Shown: one piece after another, positions 1 to 9,673 of the stretch
Numbering within the stretch: the stretch's first letter is position 1
Layout: every line of letters begins with the position of its first letter
DNA from: a virus
Lineage: Duplodnaviria > Caudoviricetes
IMG/VR virus record: IMGVR_UViG_3300026077_000001
DNA length: 64,000 bases
Direction: 5' to 3' (one strand)
Notes under the pieces: model-generated
Seen by the model: only the letters and a program-made list of their open reading frames with translations
Databases searched by the model: none
Told to the model about the DNA's origin: nothing
Position numbers and translations under genes: made by a program

Positions 1-23
1 ATACCTGTAGTAAAAGAGTGTAA

Positions 24-3000
24 ATGTCTGGCAATAACGCCTGGTTCGAACAAAATTGTGATCCTGATGACGTAGTAGAAAGTACTGAACCCGTTGCGTC
101 AGGTGGTGGTCCTATTGGTGCACCTGGCGGTGGAGCTTCACCTAATACTGTTAATGCTGTCATCGAACAACTCATTGGACAGTGTTACGGGACACCTATA
201 CCAAGGAAGCCAAACTTTAGGGATGATGATGACGATGATGACGATGATGAATTCGAGCTTGACTGGGAATACTTAGTACCAACATTAACTGGACACGGTT
301 GGCCACCACCAACTATAACCAAGATAAAATTAAAGATACCAACAACAGATAATCCAGGTGAACCTAATATTTGCTTCGCTGAGAATGGTGAGGAGATAAA
401 GTGTGACCACGGAAAGGATCCTACCCTAGAGGATTGTATTAAAGAGCATTTGAAGTGTGTCTTTAAACCTTACGTTGGTGGTGCTTGGAAACCACCAGCA
501 GCAGACTGTGATTCGTTTGTACCAGCTTCAATGTTTGGTACGACAAAGAAAATATGTGTACAGGATTGTGTAACAGATAGAGTACCAGTATACGAACACA
601 TCTTAGGTGATACTCCTACAGCTACTGCAGCCTTCAGTGATAAAGATACTGTCACAGTAACAGGTAGTGGTACTTGTCTCTGTACCTTTGAGCATAGATG
701 GAAAGACCAAGAGTATACTGCTGGTACTGCTGTAGATACTATTACTATTAATGGTACTACGTTCACCCGTTCAGGTACCCGTGGAAAGACGACACAGACT
801 ATCGCATTAACCGCAGGAAATTATCCCATAACTTATGGAGGTTTACACCCCACTGGTGGATATAATATTGAGGTGAATCAAGAGTATGGTACTAATAAGA
901 CTGTCGTATTCAGAGATGGACACGGTTCTGATGTCAACGGTAGGTTTAGTATTCTATCTAGCAATATATCTTCCGATCATATGTACAGCTTGAGCCCGAC
1001 TGCTCCAGCTGGGTACTTACAGAACAGTACACCAATGTTCTATGCACACAACGTGCAACAGGCTCGTGGTGCGTTCCCTGTGTACACGTCATACTCATCA
1101 ATGAATGTAGATCATATGCTTACCACTGACCCAGCTGGTGAGAAAGCAACGATGGATTCTCAAGGGTTCGGTGCACGGGATGAAGTATTGTTCTACGGGT
1201 TCACAGACAAACAGGATATGATATCAGAAATGATGGATGGAGAAACTCCTGTGACACTTTATAGGTATTACTCCCCTGAAAGTAAGGATCATATGTATTC
1301 CACCACACCTATTGGTGGTCCTCCTATTGAAGCTAACCTAGAGGAAGGATATTATATGTTATCGAGTAAGGCAGAGACTTATCTGAACTTTACTTTTAAT
1401 TGTAGACAGGGATCAGCAAGTTATGACAACACAATGGGGTTCTATCTATGTAATGCTGACGATGAACCTGTACACGGTAGAGTTATACTAGAGAACGCAA
1501 CTGATGCTAGTGGTACGTTTACTTACAAAGTACCAGTTGATGAACTGAATCAATACATCCCTTGCAAATTAGGATTCTTTATGATACCTGACGGAGATGG
1601 ACGTGGAACTTCTCGTGGTGATGCAGTGACTTTTAGTACCCTTAATGGTGGGTGGAGAGTAGACCAGAGTGGATCTGCACAGAATAATAATACTTGGTTC
1701 TCACAAAAGCATTTGAATCCTGGTGGTAAAGATATGACCAAGTGGCCTGATAGAACGTGGCAATATTGGGAAGACTTATTGAATGGTGATGATGATTATA
1801 ATGATATGAAACAGTCATATCAATTACGTTATGGAGACAGCGAGTATATTTACGAAGGAATACAATGCTTTGTCTTTGGAGTGGATTCTAATCCAGTATA
1901 TGAGGACATCACTTCTGTAGATAAGTGTGAAGAGAGAGTGTTTGATGAGCAGTTTGTTAACTGTTCGATGACAAGGACTGAGTGTGGAGCAATGCAAGAA
2001 GAGAATGACTATGGATGTTCTGCTTGTACTGGTACTGTTGCATATAAAATGGCAACCACACAGAATGTTACTGCACTTAAGAATGCAGACCTAGAGATCA
2101 GATCACACGGTGGTATGACAGGTGGTTGGGGTGACTGTACTAAATTTACTTGGTCACTTCATAAGAATGGAGTACAAATACATTCTAAACAAGAGGATGT
2201 AAGTAAGTGGAAGAAGATTGGAACTCCTCTTTATAGTTTTAGTGTTATTAAAGGTGATCGTATCACTTGGAAGTTAGATTCTATTGATGTAGGACATTAT
2301 AATGGTAGGGTGACACCTGCTATGTCCCTACGAGATGCTACTACTAAGAAGTTCCTGAACACTTGGGAGTTATTGTTGATAACTCAGTCAAGTAGTTACA
2401 GAACTAATAACCCTGCACAGAATGATGGTAACCTAGCAACACACGAACCAACAGAACCTTGTGGTTTACCTTATAGTATTCAGTTGTATAACTTTGAAGA
2501 TGATGGTGACGATGAAGTAACTAAAGAGAATTACACTACTGTACTTACTAATCAGGTAGTTCAGAACAATGTACTTGAAGTACGTGGTGGATACCAGACC
2601 AATGAGTTGAAAGTTATAGGACGTAAACCTACTTGGCAAATGGTCAATGGTGACACAGGATACATTAATACTACTGGTGACTATGGTTTCACAGTTAAAC
2701 TTCAGTGGACAATGCACGATGATGATAACGGTGAGACTGACTGGAAGTTAATAGAGGTAATTGATTGGGGTAAAGGTGGATACTATGTTGATGATGAGTG
2801 TAAATTATTTGTTGGTAAGTATCCAGAGGATGATGATGATAATTCTGGATCTTTCTACCTAGGTATGAAGGTAACAGGCATCAATGATGTTGAATGTCCT
2901 GCTGCTGGTAGTACACAAGGTAGGATCCAAGACCTACAGTTACAAGCATCACACGAGAGAGATCAATCAACACCTAGACAGTTAGATGTATTGGTTGTAG

Positions 3001-3578
3001 ATCAGCAGGTTGTACAAACTAATGAGTTCGTAGTTAATATGGATTCAATCTTCTCTAGTTTCTTTAGATATAAAACAGGTAAGGCTGAGTCCTTCCATCA
3101 ATATTGGTTACAACAATCTCTTCTAGGTAATGATGTTCTATTCTATACAGACTACAGAGATCCTCAAGGATTAGAATTTAGATTACGTATAAGAGTTACC
3201 AGACAAGAGTACTATCAAGCAGGTGATGCTTATAAGTTTAAGAAGTATGGATGGTTTGGTAACGTAAGGATGCACTCAGTAACAAGTTATGGTAAGAGGT
3301 ATGCTGAAGGACACATAGCACAGATCTCTTGGCCACCTGAAAGATTGCAGTATACTAATGGTAAGGAACCCAGTTCACCATACTTCCCAGTGCAGACAAA
3401 CTTACCTAAGAAGGTACAGGTGAGAGATGCTACCAACGCAAGGTTCCAACGTAACGCTAGGTATGCAATTTACCAGTCAATGCACGACAAAACCTCTCAA
3501 GTGTGGTATAGTAATCAAAACAGCTATGTACCAACTCAAACGAGATGGTTTGACATCCTAGCAACGGAGGTAGATTAA
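24..3578 (+). CDS. Large virion structural protein with DUF4114-like and DUF5648-like modules
   Basis: 1184-aa ORF; WEDLLNGDDDYND (DUF4114-like) and LYRYYSPESKDHMYST (DUF5648-like) motifs; Cys-, Gly- and Thr-rich beta character. Confidence 0.6.
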   Translation: MSGNNAWFEQNCDPDDVVESTEPVASGGGPIGAPGGGASPNTVNAVIEQLIGQCYGTPIPRKPNFRDDDDDDDDDEFELDWEYLVPTLTGHGWPPPTITKIKLKIPTTDNPGEPNICFAENGEEIKCDHGKDPTLEDCIKEHLKCVFKPYVGGAWKPPAADCDSFVPASMFGTTKKICVQDCVTDRVPVYEHILGDTPTATAAFSDKDTVTVTGSGTCLCTFEHRWKDQEYTAGTAVDTITINGTTFTRSGTRGKTTQTIALTAGNYPITYGGLHPTGGYNIEVNQEYGTNKTVVFRDGHGSDVNGRFSILSSNISSDHMYSLSPTAPAGYLQNSTPMFYAHNVQQARGAFPVYTSYSSMNVDHMLTTDPAGEKATMDSQGFGARDEVLFYGFTDKQDMISEMMDGETPVTLYRYYSPESKDHMYSTTPIGGPPIEANLEEGYYMLSSKAETYLNFTFNCRQGSASYDNTMGFYLCNADDEPVHGRVILENATDASGTFTYKVPVDELNQYIPCKLGFFMIPDGDGRGTSRGDAVTFSTLNGGWRVDQSGSAQNNNTWFSQKHLNPGGKDMTKWPDRTWQYWEDLLNGDDDYNDMKQSYQLRYGDSEYIYEGIQCFVFGVDSNPVYEDITSVDKCEERVFDEQFVNCSMTRTECGAMQEENDYGCSACTGTVAYKMATTQNVTALKNADLEIRSHGGMTGGWGDCTKFTWSLHKNGVQIHSKQEDVSKWKKIGTPLYSFSVIKGDRITWKLDSIDVGHYNGRVTPAMSLRDATTKKFLNTWELLLITQSSSYRTNNPAQNDGNLATHEPTEPCGLPYSIQLYNFEDDGDDEVTKENYTTVLTNQVVQNNVLEVRGGYQTNELKVIGRKPTWQMVNGDTGYINTTGDYGFTVKLQWTMHDDDNGETDWKLIEVIDWGKGGYYVDDECKLFVGKYPEDDDDNSGSFYLGMKVTGINDVECPAAGSTQGRIQDLQLQASHERDQSTPRQLDVLVVDQQVVQTNEFVVNMDSIFSSFFRYKTGKAESFHQYWLQQSLLGNDVLFYTDYRDPQGLEFRLRIRVTRQEYYQAGDAYKFKKYGWFGNVRMHSVTSYGKRYAEGHIAQISWPPERLQYTNGKEPSSPYFPVQTNLPKKVQVRDATNARFQRNARYAIYQSMHDKTSQVWYSNQNSYVPTQTRWFDILATEVD

Positions 3579-3847
3579 TGGATGCAGCAGACAGAAGACT
3601 TGCAAAGTCAATGAAAGAACTCCAAGCAATCAATCGTGGATTGAAGAGAGCAGACGGAGATCAGAGTAAAATGAACAAAGAACTTAAGAAAATAAGGAGA
3701 TATTTTAAAAGTCCCTTAGCAGAGGTTGCAAGATTAGACAATACGCTATATAATATAACGAAACCAACACAAACTGTCCAGGATGAGCACAAAGGAACAG
3801 AAGCAGAGGGGGATAACCCTTCTATTGGAGAGTCTGCACAAACCTGA
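3578..3847 (+). CDS. Hypothetical protein
   Basis: 89-aa ORF coupled by TAATG overlap. Confidence 0.6.
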   Translation: MDAADRRLAKSMKELQAINRGLKRADGDQSKMNKELKKIRRYFKSPLAEVARLDNTLYNITKPTQTVQDEHKGTEAEGDNPSIGESAQT

Positions 3848-3962
3848 TACTAAGCTTAGGAATTGTGCACACAACCAAGAATGTTATAATGAACTCATAA
3901 TGTACAGAGAACAGGTTATTGAATACTGTCAGACATTACTAAAGGAGGTAAACGATGATTAA
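3783..3962 (+). CDS. Small cyanophage hypothetical protein (59 aa, not in ORF track)
   Basis: Hand translation MSTKEQKQRGITLLLESLHKPDTKLRNCAHNQECYNEL...; overlaps both neighbours. Confidence 0.65.
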   Translation: MSTKEQKQRGITLLLESLHKPDTKLRNCAHNQECYNELIMYREQVIEYCQTLLKEVNDD

Positions 3963-4170
3963 TCTGGACGAAAAGTATCATCACTACCTCGAATCAGGTA
4001 GAACACTCAGAATTGATGGGTGTAATGAGAAACTAACAGGATATGGTTATAACTGCGATGGCAATGAAATCGTAGGGTACTATCTACTCACGGATAACTA
4101 TAAGTTATTCTATAATATGAATGAGCAGTTCCTTAAGCTTGTGCCAGTTCGAGAACTGTCACACACATAG
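3955..4170 (+). CDS. Hypothetical protein
   Basis: 71-aa ORF with GGAGG RBS upstream. Confidence 0.7.
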   Translation: MINLDEKYHHYLESGRTLRIDGCNEKLTGYGYNCDGNEIVGYYLLTDNYKLFYNMNEQFLKLVPVRELSHT

Positions 4171-4205
4171 TTGACGGTTATCACACTCTCATAGTATTAT
4201 AAATA
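4141..4205 (+). promoter_or_regulatory. Composite promoter: 22-bp palindrome, TTGACG/TATTAT sigma70-like boxes and T4 late box TATAAATA
   Basis: GTGCCAGTT-CGAG-AACTGTCAC 4141-4162; TTGACG 4171-4176; TATTAT 4195-4200; TATAAATA 4198-4205. Confidence 0.7.
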
Positions 4206-4213
4206 CTTCTTAA

Positions 4214-4310
4214 CAAAGGACTCGAAATTATCGTACCCCTGCGTTGGATTCATACAACTCTCTATGTCGAGAGAGTTATCATCCGCAGGGTATTTTTGTG
4301 TCCTTGCGAG
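4214..4310 (+). ncRNA. Structured 5-prime leader RNA candidate upstream of the OMP gene
   Basis: Nested helices AAGGAC/GTCCTT, (T)ACCCCTGCG/CGCAGGGTA, GGAT/ATCC, AACTCTCT/AGAGAGTT; alternative CTCG/CGAG pairing. Confidence 0.6.
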
Positions 4311-4326
4311 ATAGAAACATAAACAA

Positions 4327-4716
4327 ATGTCTATTAAATCAACAATCGCTGCAGTAGCAGCATCTCCATTCCTATTCGCTGGTGCAGCTTTTGCTGGTCC
4401 ATATGTGAATGTCGAAAGCAACCTTTCTTACCCTGATGGTGAGTATTCAGGTGCTACAACTGACATCCACGTAGGTTACGAAGGAGTTAATGCAACAGGA
4501 AAATTAGGTTACTACGTACAAGGTGGTCCAGCTATTACTCATAGCGAAGCTGCTTCTGATACTGATACAGATTTCTCTGGTAAGGTTGGAGTATCTTATG
4601 CTCTTGCTGATGCTACATCTGTATACGGTGAGCTTTCAGGCATCACTGATGAGGACACTAATGGTGACTCACTAGTTAACTGGGGAGCAAAAGCTGGAGT
4701 TAAGTTCGTTTTCTAA
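4327..4716 (+). CDS. Host-like small outer-membrane beta-barrel protein
   Basis: Signal peptide ending AAFA; alternating amphipathic strands; C-terminal aromatic signature KAGVKFVF. Confidence 0.75.
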   Translation: MSIKSTIAAVAASPFLFAGAAFAGPYVNVESNLSYPDGEYSGATTDIHVGYEGVNATGKLGYYVQGGPAITHSEAASDTDTDFSGKVGVSYALADATSVYGELSGITDEDTNGDSLVNWGAKAGVKFVF

Positions 4717-4746
4717 TTGACAAACGTCTATTAGATAATATATACT

Positions 4747-4773
4747 GGGTGGGGATTTTCTCCACCCTTTTTT
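4747..4773 (+). terminator. Intrinsic terminator
   Basis: GGGTGG...CCACCC hairpin followed by a T-run. Confidence 0.7.
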
Positions 4774-4789
4774 ATTGCTTTAAAACCCT

Positions 4790-5038
4790 ATGGCTGCTCC
4801 CAATAATACTGCAATCTACACTAAATCAGGTTGCCCATTTTGTACAAAGATTAAGAGAGTATATAACGAGAAAGGTTGGAACTACGTAGAGTATAAACTT
4901 GATGAGAATTTTAATCGTGATCAATTTTATAGTGAGTTTGGACGTGGTGCTACCTTCCCTCAACTAGTAGTTGATGGTAAAAAGTTAGGAGGATGTAACG
5001 AAAGTATCAATCTTTTTAGAAGTCAAGGTATCATCTAA
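4790..5038 (+). CDS. nrdC: Glutaredoxin (NrdC-like)
   Basis: CPFC active site; TFPQ and GG motifs. Confidence 0.9.
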   Translation: MAAPNNTAIYTKSGCPFCTKIKRVYNEKGWNYVEYKLDENFNRDQFYSEFGRGATFPQLVVDGKKLGGCNESINLFRSQGII

Positions 5039-5066
5039 ATAGAATCAAGATCCCTAGGAGGTTTTT

Positions 5067-5306
5067 ATGGAAGAAGTATTGAGTTCACTTTATAACTTTG
5101 CACTCTTTGGATCTTTCCTCCTTGGTGTGGTTGTTACCTTTATTGGTAAGAGTTATCTCGACTCATACATTGACAACGCAGCGTATGCTAAGTCAATCAC
5201 ACACCCTGAGATGTTGGATGAAAACGGAAACGTAGACCAGTCAGAGTTACTCTATTTGCATCTCGTTGACGATGATGCTATACTAGAGGACAATGACGAC
5301 GATTAA
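5067..5306 (+). CDS. Small membrane protein
   Basis: N-terminal hydrophobic helix, acidic tail; CTAAATA late-type box near 5035. Confidence 0.65.
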   Translation: MEEVLSSLYNFALFGSFLLGVVVTFIGKSYLDSYIDNAAYAKSITHPEMLDENGNVDQSELLYLHLVDDDAILEDNDDD

Positions 5307-5325
5307 TTAATTTCTTGGAATTACT

Positions 5326-5763
5326 ATGAAACTGATGTTATCTGAAATTATTCAGAAGGCACACAATGCTAAGACTAAAGCAGAGAAGATTAAAATCCTT
5401 CAAAGCAACAACAGTCAAGCATTGAGGTCTCTATTCATTTGGAACTATGATGACAGTGTTACTTCTGTCATCCCTGAAGGTGAAGTACCTTATAGACCTA
5501 ATGAAGCACCTCAAGGAACTGAGCACACTAACTTAGCGTTAGAGTCAAGGAAGTTCTACTACTTTGTTAAAGGTGGTGCTGATAATCTATCTCGCACTAA
5601 GAGAGAGACAATGTTCATTCAAATGTGTGAAGGATTACACAAGGATGAAGCAGCAATTCTATGTCTTGTTAAGGACAAGCAACTTGGGAAGAAGTATAGG
5701 ATCACTAAAGCAGTGGTGACTGATGCATTTCCTGAAATCAAATGGGGAGGTCGTAGCAAGTGA
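5326..5763 (+). CDS. Conserved T4-like hypothetical protein
   Basis: 145-aa ORF; LPEGxVPY-type and KRETMFIQ motifs typical of a T4-like family. Confidence 0.7.
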   Translation: MKLMLSEIIQKAHNAKTKAEKIKILQSNNSQALRSLFIWNYDDSVTSVIPEGEVPYRPNEAPQGTEHTNLALESRKFYYFVKGGADNLSRTKRETMFIQMCEGLHKDEAAILCLVKDKQLGKKYRITKAVVTDAFPEIKWGGRSK

Positions 5764-6044
5764 ATATTATTCACGAGAACTGCGATCCAAAACTTGCTGA
5801 AGATAGAAAATTACCATACACAGCGTACTTAGTACAGTATGAAGTGGATGGTAAAGTTCAGCACGACATTGCTATGGGTAGTCAAGCAGTTGAATTGTTT
5901 GATCATTACTATGACAAGTACAAGAAGAACTTCAAGTGGTTGAAGCAATCTGAAGGTAGACTTAGACCTCAAGAGTGGAATACTACACCTACCCCACCAC
6001 GTAAGAAACGTAAGAGGAGGAAGCCAGATGCGGATTCCGTCTGA
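5760..6044 (+). CDS. Cyanophage hypothetical protein
   Basis: GTG start overlapping previous stop; basic C-terminus. Confidence 0.7.
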   Translation: MNIIHENCDPKLAEDRKLPYTAYLVQYEVDGKVQHDIAMGSQAVELFDHYYDKYKKNFKWLKQSEGRLRPQEWNTTPTPPRKKRKRRKPDADSV

Positions 6045-6207
6045 AGAAATTGAACGTTGGGAGAGCGAGTACGATATGACAATGAATGATGGAAACAGAA
6101 CTGACAGGGAACAAGAGATCCTTGAGGGTTCTCCATTAAAAACTAATGAAGGTATGCTCTACGGTAGAATGTATGCCGATTGGAAGAAGAGGAAGGGATA
6201 TGAGTAA
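6028..6207 (+). CDS. Small hypothetical protein (59 aa, not in ORF track)
   Basis: Hand translation MRIPSEEIERWESEYDM...GRMYADWKKRKGYE. Confidence 0.6.
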   Translation: MRIPSEEIERWESEYDMTMNDGNRTDREQEILEGSPLKTNEGMLYGRMYADWKKRKGYE

Positions 6208-6448
6208 CTTTTATAATCTTAAGAAGAAAGTAGAGCACGCAGCAGAGGTACCAGAGGAGGTTGCTAAAGAGTTAATCACCTCTGAAATGGTAGGGAAATT
6301 CATAGGAATATACCTATTAGGACCACTATTATGGATGTTTTTATGGAACTATACAATGCCCTACATATTTGCAGTGAAGAGTATTAATTACCTTCACGCT
6401 TTTTGTATTATTACTATGGTTAGGTTCTTACAGAATGACAAAAGCTAA
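6200..6448 (+). CDS. Membrane protein
   Basis: Start moved to MSNFYN, which overlaps the previous stop; two hydrophobic segments. Confidence 0.65.
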   Translation: MSNFYNLKKKVEHAAEVPEEVAKELITSEMVGKFIGIYLLGPLLWMFLWNYTMPYIFAVKSINYLHAFCIITMVRFLQNDKS

Positions 6449-7172
6449 AGTATGTTTAGTGAGCGTCACACCTGACGCTGAAAAAACAATAGGATACATT
6501 GCAAGAGTATCCAACCCTAAAAACCAAGAGAATCCGAACGTTGAGAAACTCTTAGGTTATTGCATCAAGCACGGACACTGGTCTGTATTTGAGCAAGCAC
6601 ATATGACGTTGGAAATCAACACCACACGTGGTATTGCTGCACAGATCTTAAGACATAGATCATTTACATTCCAAGAGTTTAGTCAGCGTTATGCTAACAC
6701 TGAACTACTTGGTACTACAATTGAACCACCTGAACTGAGAAGACAGGACACTAAGAATAGGCAGAATTCAATCAATGATATCCCCACACATCAGACAGAC
6801 TTCCTCAAGAAGAAGATCGAAAGGTACTTTGCTGAGGGAGTTGATCTATACGATGAACTCATACGTGAAGGTGTTGCGAAGGAATGTGCGAGATTTGTTC
6901 TCCCTCTAGCAACTCCTACCAAGATCTATATGACAGGTAGTGCTCGTAGTTGGATGCACTACATTAATCTACGTACTGCTAACGGTACACAGAAGGAACA
7001 TATGTTGATTGCTGAGTTATGTCAGCGTCATTTCATTTGTAACTTCCCCACCATTGCTAAAGCATTAGACTGGTGTGAAACTGCAACTCAAGATGATGAT
7101 TGCGATTGCGATTACAAGAACGAACACCCCGATGGGTGGGACGATTTGCAGCCGTGCCTAAGAATAGATTAA
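6435..7172 (+). CDS. thyX: Flavin-dependent thymidylate synthase ThyX
   Basis: GHWSVFEQ and RHRSFTFQEFSQRY ThyX motifs. Confidence 0.95.
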   Translation: MTKAKVCLVSVTPDAEKTIGYIARVSNPKNQENPNVEKLLGYCIKHGHWSVFEQAHMTLEINTTRGIAAQILRHRSFTFQEFSQRYANTELLGTTIEPPELRRQDTKNRQNSINDIPTHQTDFLKKKIERYFAEGVDLYDELIREGVAKECARFVLPLATPTKIYMTGSARSWMHYINLRTANGTQKEHMLIAELCQRHFICNFPTIAKALDWCETATQDDDCDCDYKNEHPDGWDDLQPCLRID

Positions 7173-7780
7173 TGCCCTTAGAAGTAATACCACTATTCTC
7201 ATCCCCAGTTTATGTTGCTAACGATGGTGAAATGCCTGACGTTACCGATGTAATAGATGATATGGAAACGATGGATTACCCACAGAATAATAGTGGTAAT
7301 GTGACCAGTAATCCTCATACATTAAAAGAGTTACCTCAGTTACAGACTTGGGTATACAAACACGTTCAAGAATATGTGTATGGTATACAAGGAATAGATC
7401 CTAAGAAACATACACCAGAGATCACTAATAGTTGGATTAATTGGATGTACGTTGGCGATAGATCTAATGGACACGATCATTGCAACTCTCAGTTCTCTGG
7501 TGTATGTTTTTTAAGTGCACCTGCTGGTGGTGGTAACCTTACCTTCCATAGTACTAAACATCATATGTTGGAACCACACTTGCAGCATCCGAACCTATAT
7601 AATGCTACAACCTATGCAATATCTCCCGAACGTGGTATGATATGCATATTCCCTTCAGAATTGATCCATTCAGTTACTCGCTGTAATCAGGACGATGCTA
7701 AGGAACCACGTATTAGTCTCTCATTTAATGTTATTTGTAGAGGTGAATACGGTATTCATACGAATCTATTAAAGATCTAA
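7172..7780 (+). CDS. 2OG-Fe(II) oxygenase (TIGR02466-like)
   Basis: HDH...H facial triad; RISLSFN; start at TAATG overlap. Confidence 0.8.
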   Translation: MPLEVIPLFSSPVYVANDGEMPDVTDVIDDMETMDYPQNNSGNVTSNPHTLKELPQLQTWVYKHVQEYVYGIQGIDPKKHTPEITNSWINWMYVGDRSNGHDHCNSQFSGVCFLSAPAGGGNLTFHSTKHHMLEPHLQHPNLYNATTYAISPERGMICIFPSELIHSVTRCNQDDAKEPRISLSFNVICRGEYGIHTNLLKI

Positions 7781-8010
7781 TGCCAAATTACGACTTTAAA
7801 AACAAAGAAACTGGTGAAATCATCGAGGTTATGATGTCTATGCACGATCTCGATAAATATAAGGAAGATCATCCAGAGTTAGAACGCTATTTTGGCAATC
7901 AAGTACCTAGAAGCATTTATGGGAAACCTAAGCAGTCTGATGGATTTAAAGACGTAATGTCTAAGATCCAAAAAGCACATCCTGCTGCAAACCTTTCACG
8001 ATTCACATAA
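7780..8010 (+). CDS. FmdB-like small T4-type protein
   Basis: MPNYDFKNKETGEIIE N-terminus; usual position upstream of phoH. Confidence 0.65.
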   Translation: MPNYDFKNKETGEIIEVMMSMHDLDKYKEDHPELERYFGNQVPRSIYGKPKQSDGFKDVMSKIQKAHPAANLSRFT

Positions 8011-8763
8011 ATGGCAGTTAAAAAGCGTAAAACTACCTCTCAAAACAACAGCAGATCTGCTAAAGCAATGAGAAGGAAGAAGCCAATTGGTATAGACCAA
8101 TTAAAAGTTATAGAACCCCTTACCTCGAATCAGGAAAGAGCGTTCAAATCCTATGCGTCTGGTAAGCACCTAATTTTACACGGTGTAGCAGGTACAGGTA
8201 AGACTTTTATTAGTTTGTACTTGGCATTACAACAAGTATTAGAAGAAGGAACTCCATACGAAAAAGTCTATATGGTCAGGTCTCTCGTACCTACAAGAGA
8301 GATTGGATTCCTACCAGGAGACCACGAAGACAAATCTGACCTCTATCAGATACCTTACCGTAATATGGTGAAGTATATGTTTGAGATGCCAGATGACAAC
8401 TCCTTTGATATGTTATACGACAATCTAAGGACACAAGATACTATTTCATTCTGGAGTACCTCATTTATAAGAGGAACTACGTTTGATAACTCTATTATCA
8501 TTGTAGATGAGTTTAGTAACTTGAACTTTCACGAGTTAGATAGTATAATCACTAGGATAGGTCAAAACTGTAAAATCATCTTCTCAGGTGATATAGCACA
8601 GTCTGATCTCGTCAAGAACAACGAACGTACTGGTATTCTGGACTTTTTACAGATTATTCAGTCAATGTCATCATTTGACTGCATTGAGTTCGGTATTGAT
8701 GACATCGTACGCTCTGGTTTAGTCAGAGAATACCTTATCGCTAAAATTAACTCTCAACTTTGA
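8011..8763 (+). CDS. phoH: PhoH-family ATPase
   Basis: GVAGTGKT Walker A; EIGFLPG; IIIVDEFSN; GDIAQSDL. Confidence 0.95.
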   Translation: MAVKKRKTTSQNNSRSAKAMRRKKPIGIDQLKVIEPLTSNQERAFKSYASGKHLILHGVAGTGKTFISLYLALQQVLEEGTPYEKVYMVRSLVPTREIGFLPGDHEDKSDLYQIPYRNMVKYMFEMPDDNSFDMLYDNLRTQDTISFWSTSFIRGTTFDNSIIIVDEFSNLNFHELDSIITRIGQNCKIIFSGDIAQSDLVKNNERTGILDFLQIIQSMSSFDCIEFGIDDIVRSGLVREYLIAKINSQL

Positions 8764-9431
8764 TTATGTTTAAAACTGTAGGACCGCCCGTACCTTTGAC
8801 GGAGCTAAATGCTGTTACAAAGGAAAAAGGACGGTTATATGAGGTATCTGAAGGTAAATGGTACCCATCAGTTACTACAGTTACAGGTATCCGTAAGAAA
8901 GATCAGATATTGAAGTGGAGACGCAAAGTAGGTGAGGAAACCGCAAATAAAATATGTGGTAGAGCTACATCACGTGGCAATAAGTTTCATTCTATGGTAG
9001 AATGTTACTTGAAGAATGAAGATGTTAAATTCGATGAAAAGCACCCTCTGGCTAGTTTCTTATTCAAATCTGCCAAAGATACTCTTGATCGGATCAACAA
9101 TATACATCTTCTTGAATCTCCTCTCTATAGCGACAAACTTTGTTTGGCAGGTCGGGTTGATTGTATAGCAGAATTTGATGGAGTTCTCTCTGTCATTGAC
9201 TTTAAGACATCAACTAGGGAAAAGAAGATTGAATGGATAGAAAACTATTTCGTTCAAGAGACTGCCTACGCTGCAATGTATTATGAACGTTGTGGTGTTA
9301 AGGTTGATCAAATTGTCACATTGATTGCTACCGAGGAGGGTGTGATACAGGTCGTTGAAAAGACTGACCTTAATTATTATTATGAACTTCTCCTAGAGTA
9401 CATCAATGAATTTATGGCTACTATTAAATGA
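8760..9431 (+). CDS. PD-(D/E)XK exonuclease
   Basis: YPSVTTV, RGNKFH, AGRVDCIAEFDGVLSVIDFKTS, Q..AYA motifs. Confidence 0.85.
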   Translation: MIMFKTVGPPVPLTELNAVTKEKGRLYEVSEGKWYPSVTTVTGIRKKDQILKWRRKVGEETANKICGRATSRGNKFHSMVECYLKNEDVKFDEKHPLASFLFKSAKDTLDRINNIHLLESPLYSDKLCLAGRVDCIAEFDGVLSVIDFKTSTREKKIEWIENYFVQETAYAAMYYERCGVKVDQIVTLIATEEGVIQVVEKTDLNYYYELLLEYINEFMATIK

Positions 9432-9673
9432 AAGAATTTAAAGAAAAATTTATGACTCAATCTAAATTCTCTACTATGGTAGAGGAGGTAGTCAAAAATT
9501 CTAATGGTTTAGTGAACTACATAGATGCTGTAATTGTAGTCTGTGATGAACTGGACATCGAGGTTGATACGGTCAATAAGTTGATCAGCAAACCTCTGAA
9601 GGACAAAATTAAGTTTAATGCCCAACAACTAAACTACGTAAAACGCACCACAAGAGGTGTGCTTCCAATATGA
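9428..9673 (+). CDS. gp33: Late transcription coactivator gp33
   Basis: YIDAVI...KLISKPLKDKIK...LP; synteny before gp32. Confidence 0.85.
   Translation: MKEFKEKFMTQSKFSTMVEEVVKNSNGLVNYIDAVIVVCDELDIEVDTVNKLISKPLKDKIKFNAQQLNYVKRTTRGVLPI

Noticed and set aside
221-250. GAT/GAC triplet repeat
   Set aside because: Simply encodes a poly-Asp tract in the structural protein.
1006-1011. Avoidance of the true PvuII site CAGCTG
   Set aside because: The site occurs several times (e.g. about 1006, 1132, 12363), so it is not purged.
4141-4162. NtcA or CRP site interpretation of the palindrome
   Set aside because: Half-site sequence and spacing (GTG-N16-CAC) fit neither GTA-N8-TAC nor TGTGA-N6-TCACA.
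4197-4421. Antisense 74-aa ORF
   Set aside because: Overlaps the leader RNA and the OMP signal peptide; no supporting signals.
8760-9431. Cas4-like motif as evidence of CRISPR
   Set aside because: Standard T4-like cyanophage exonuclease in core synteny; no array.
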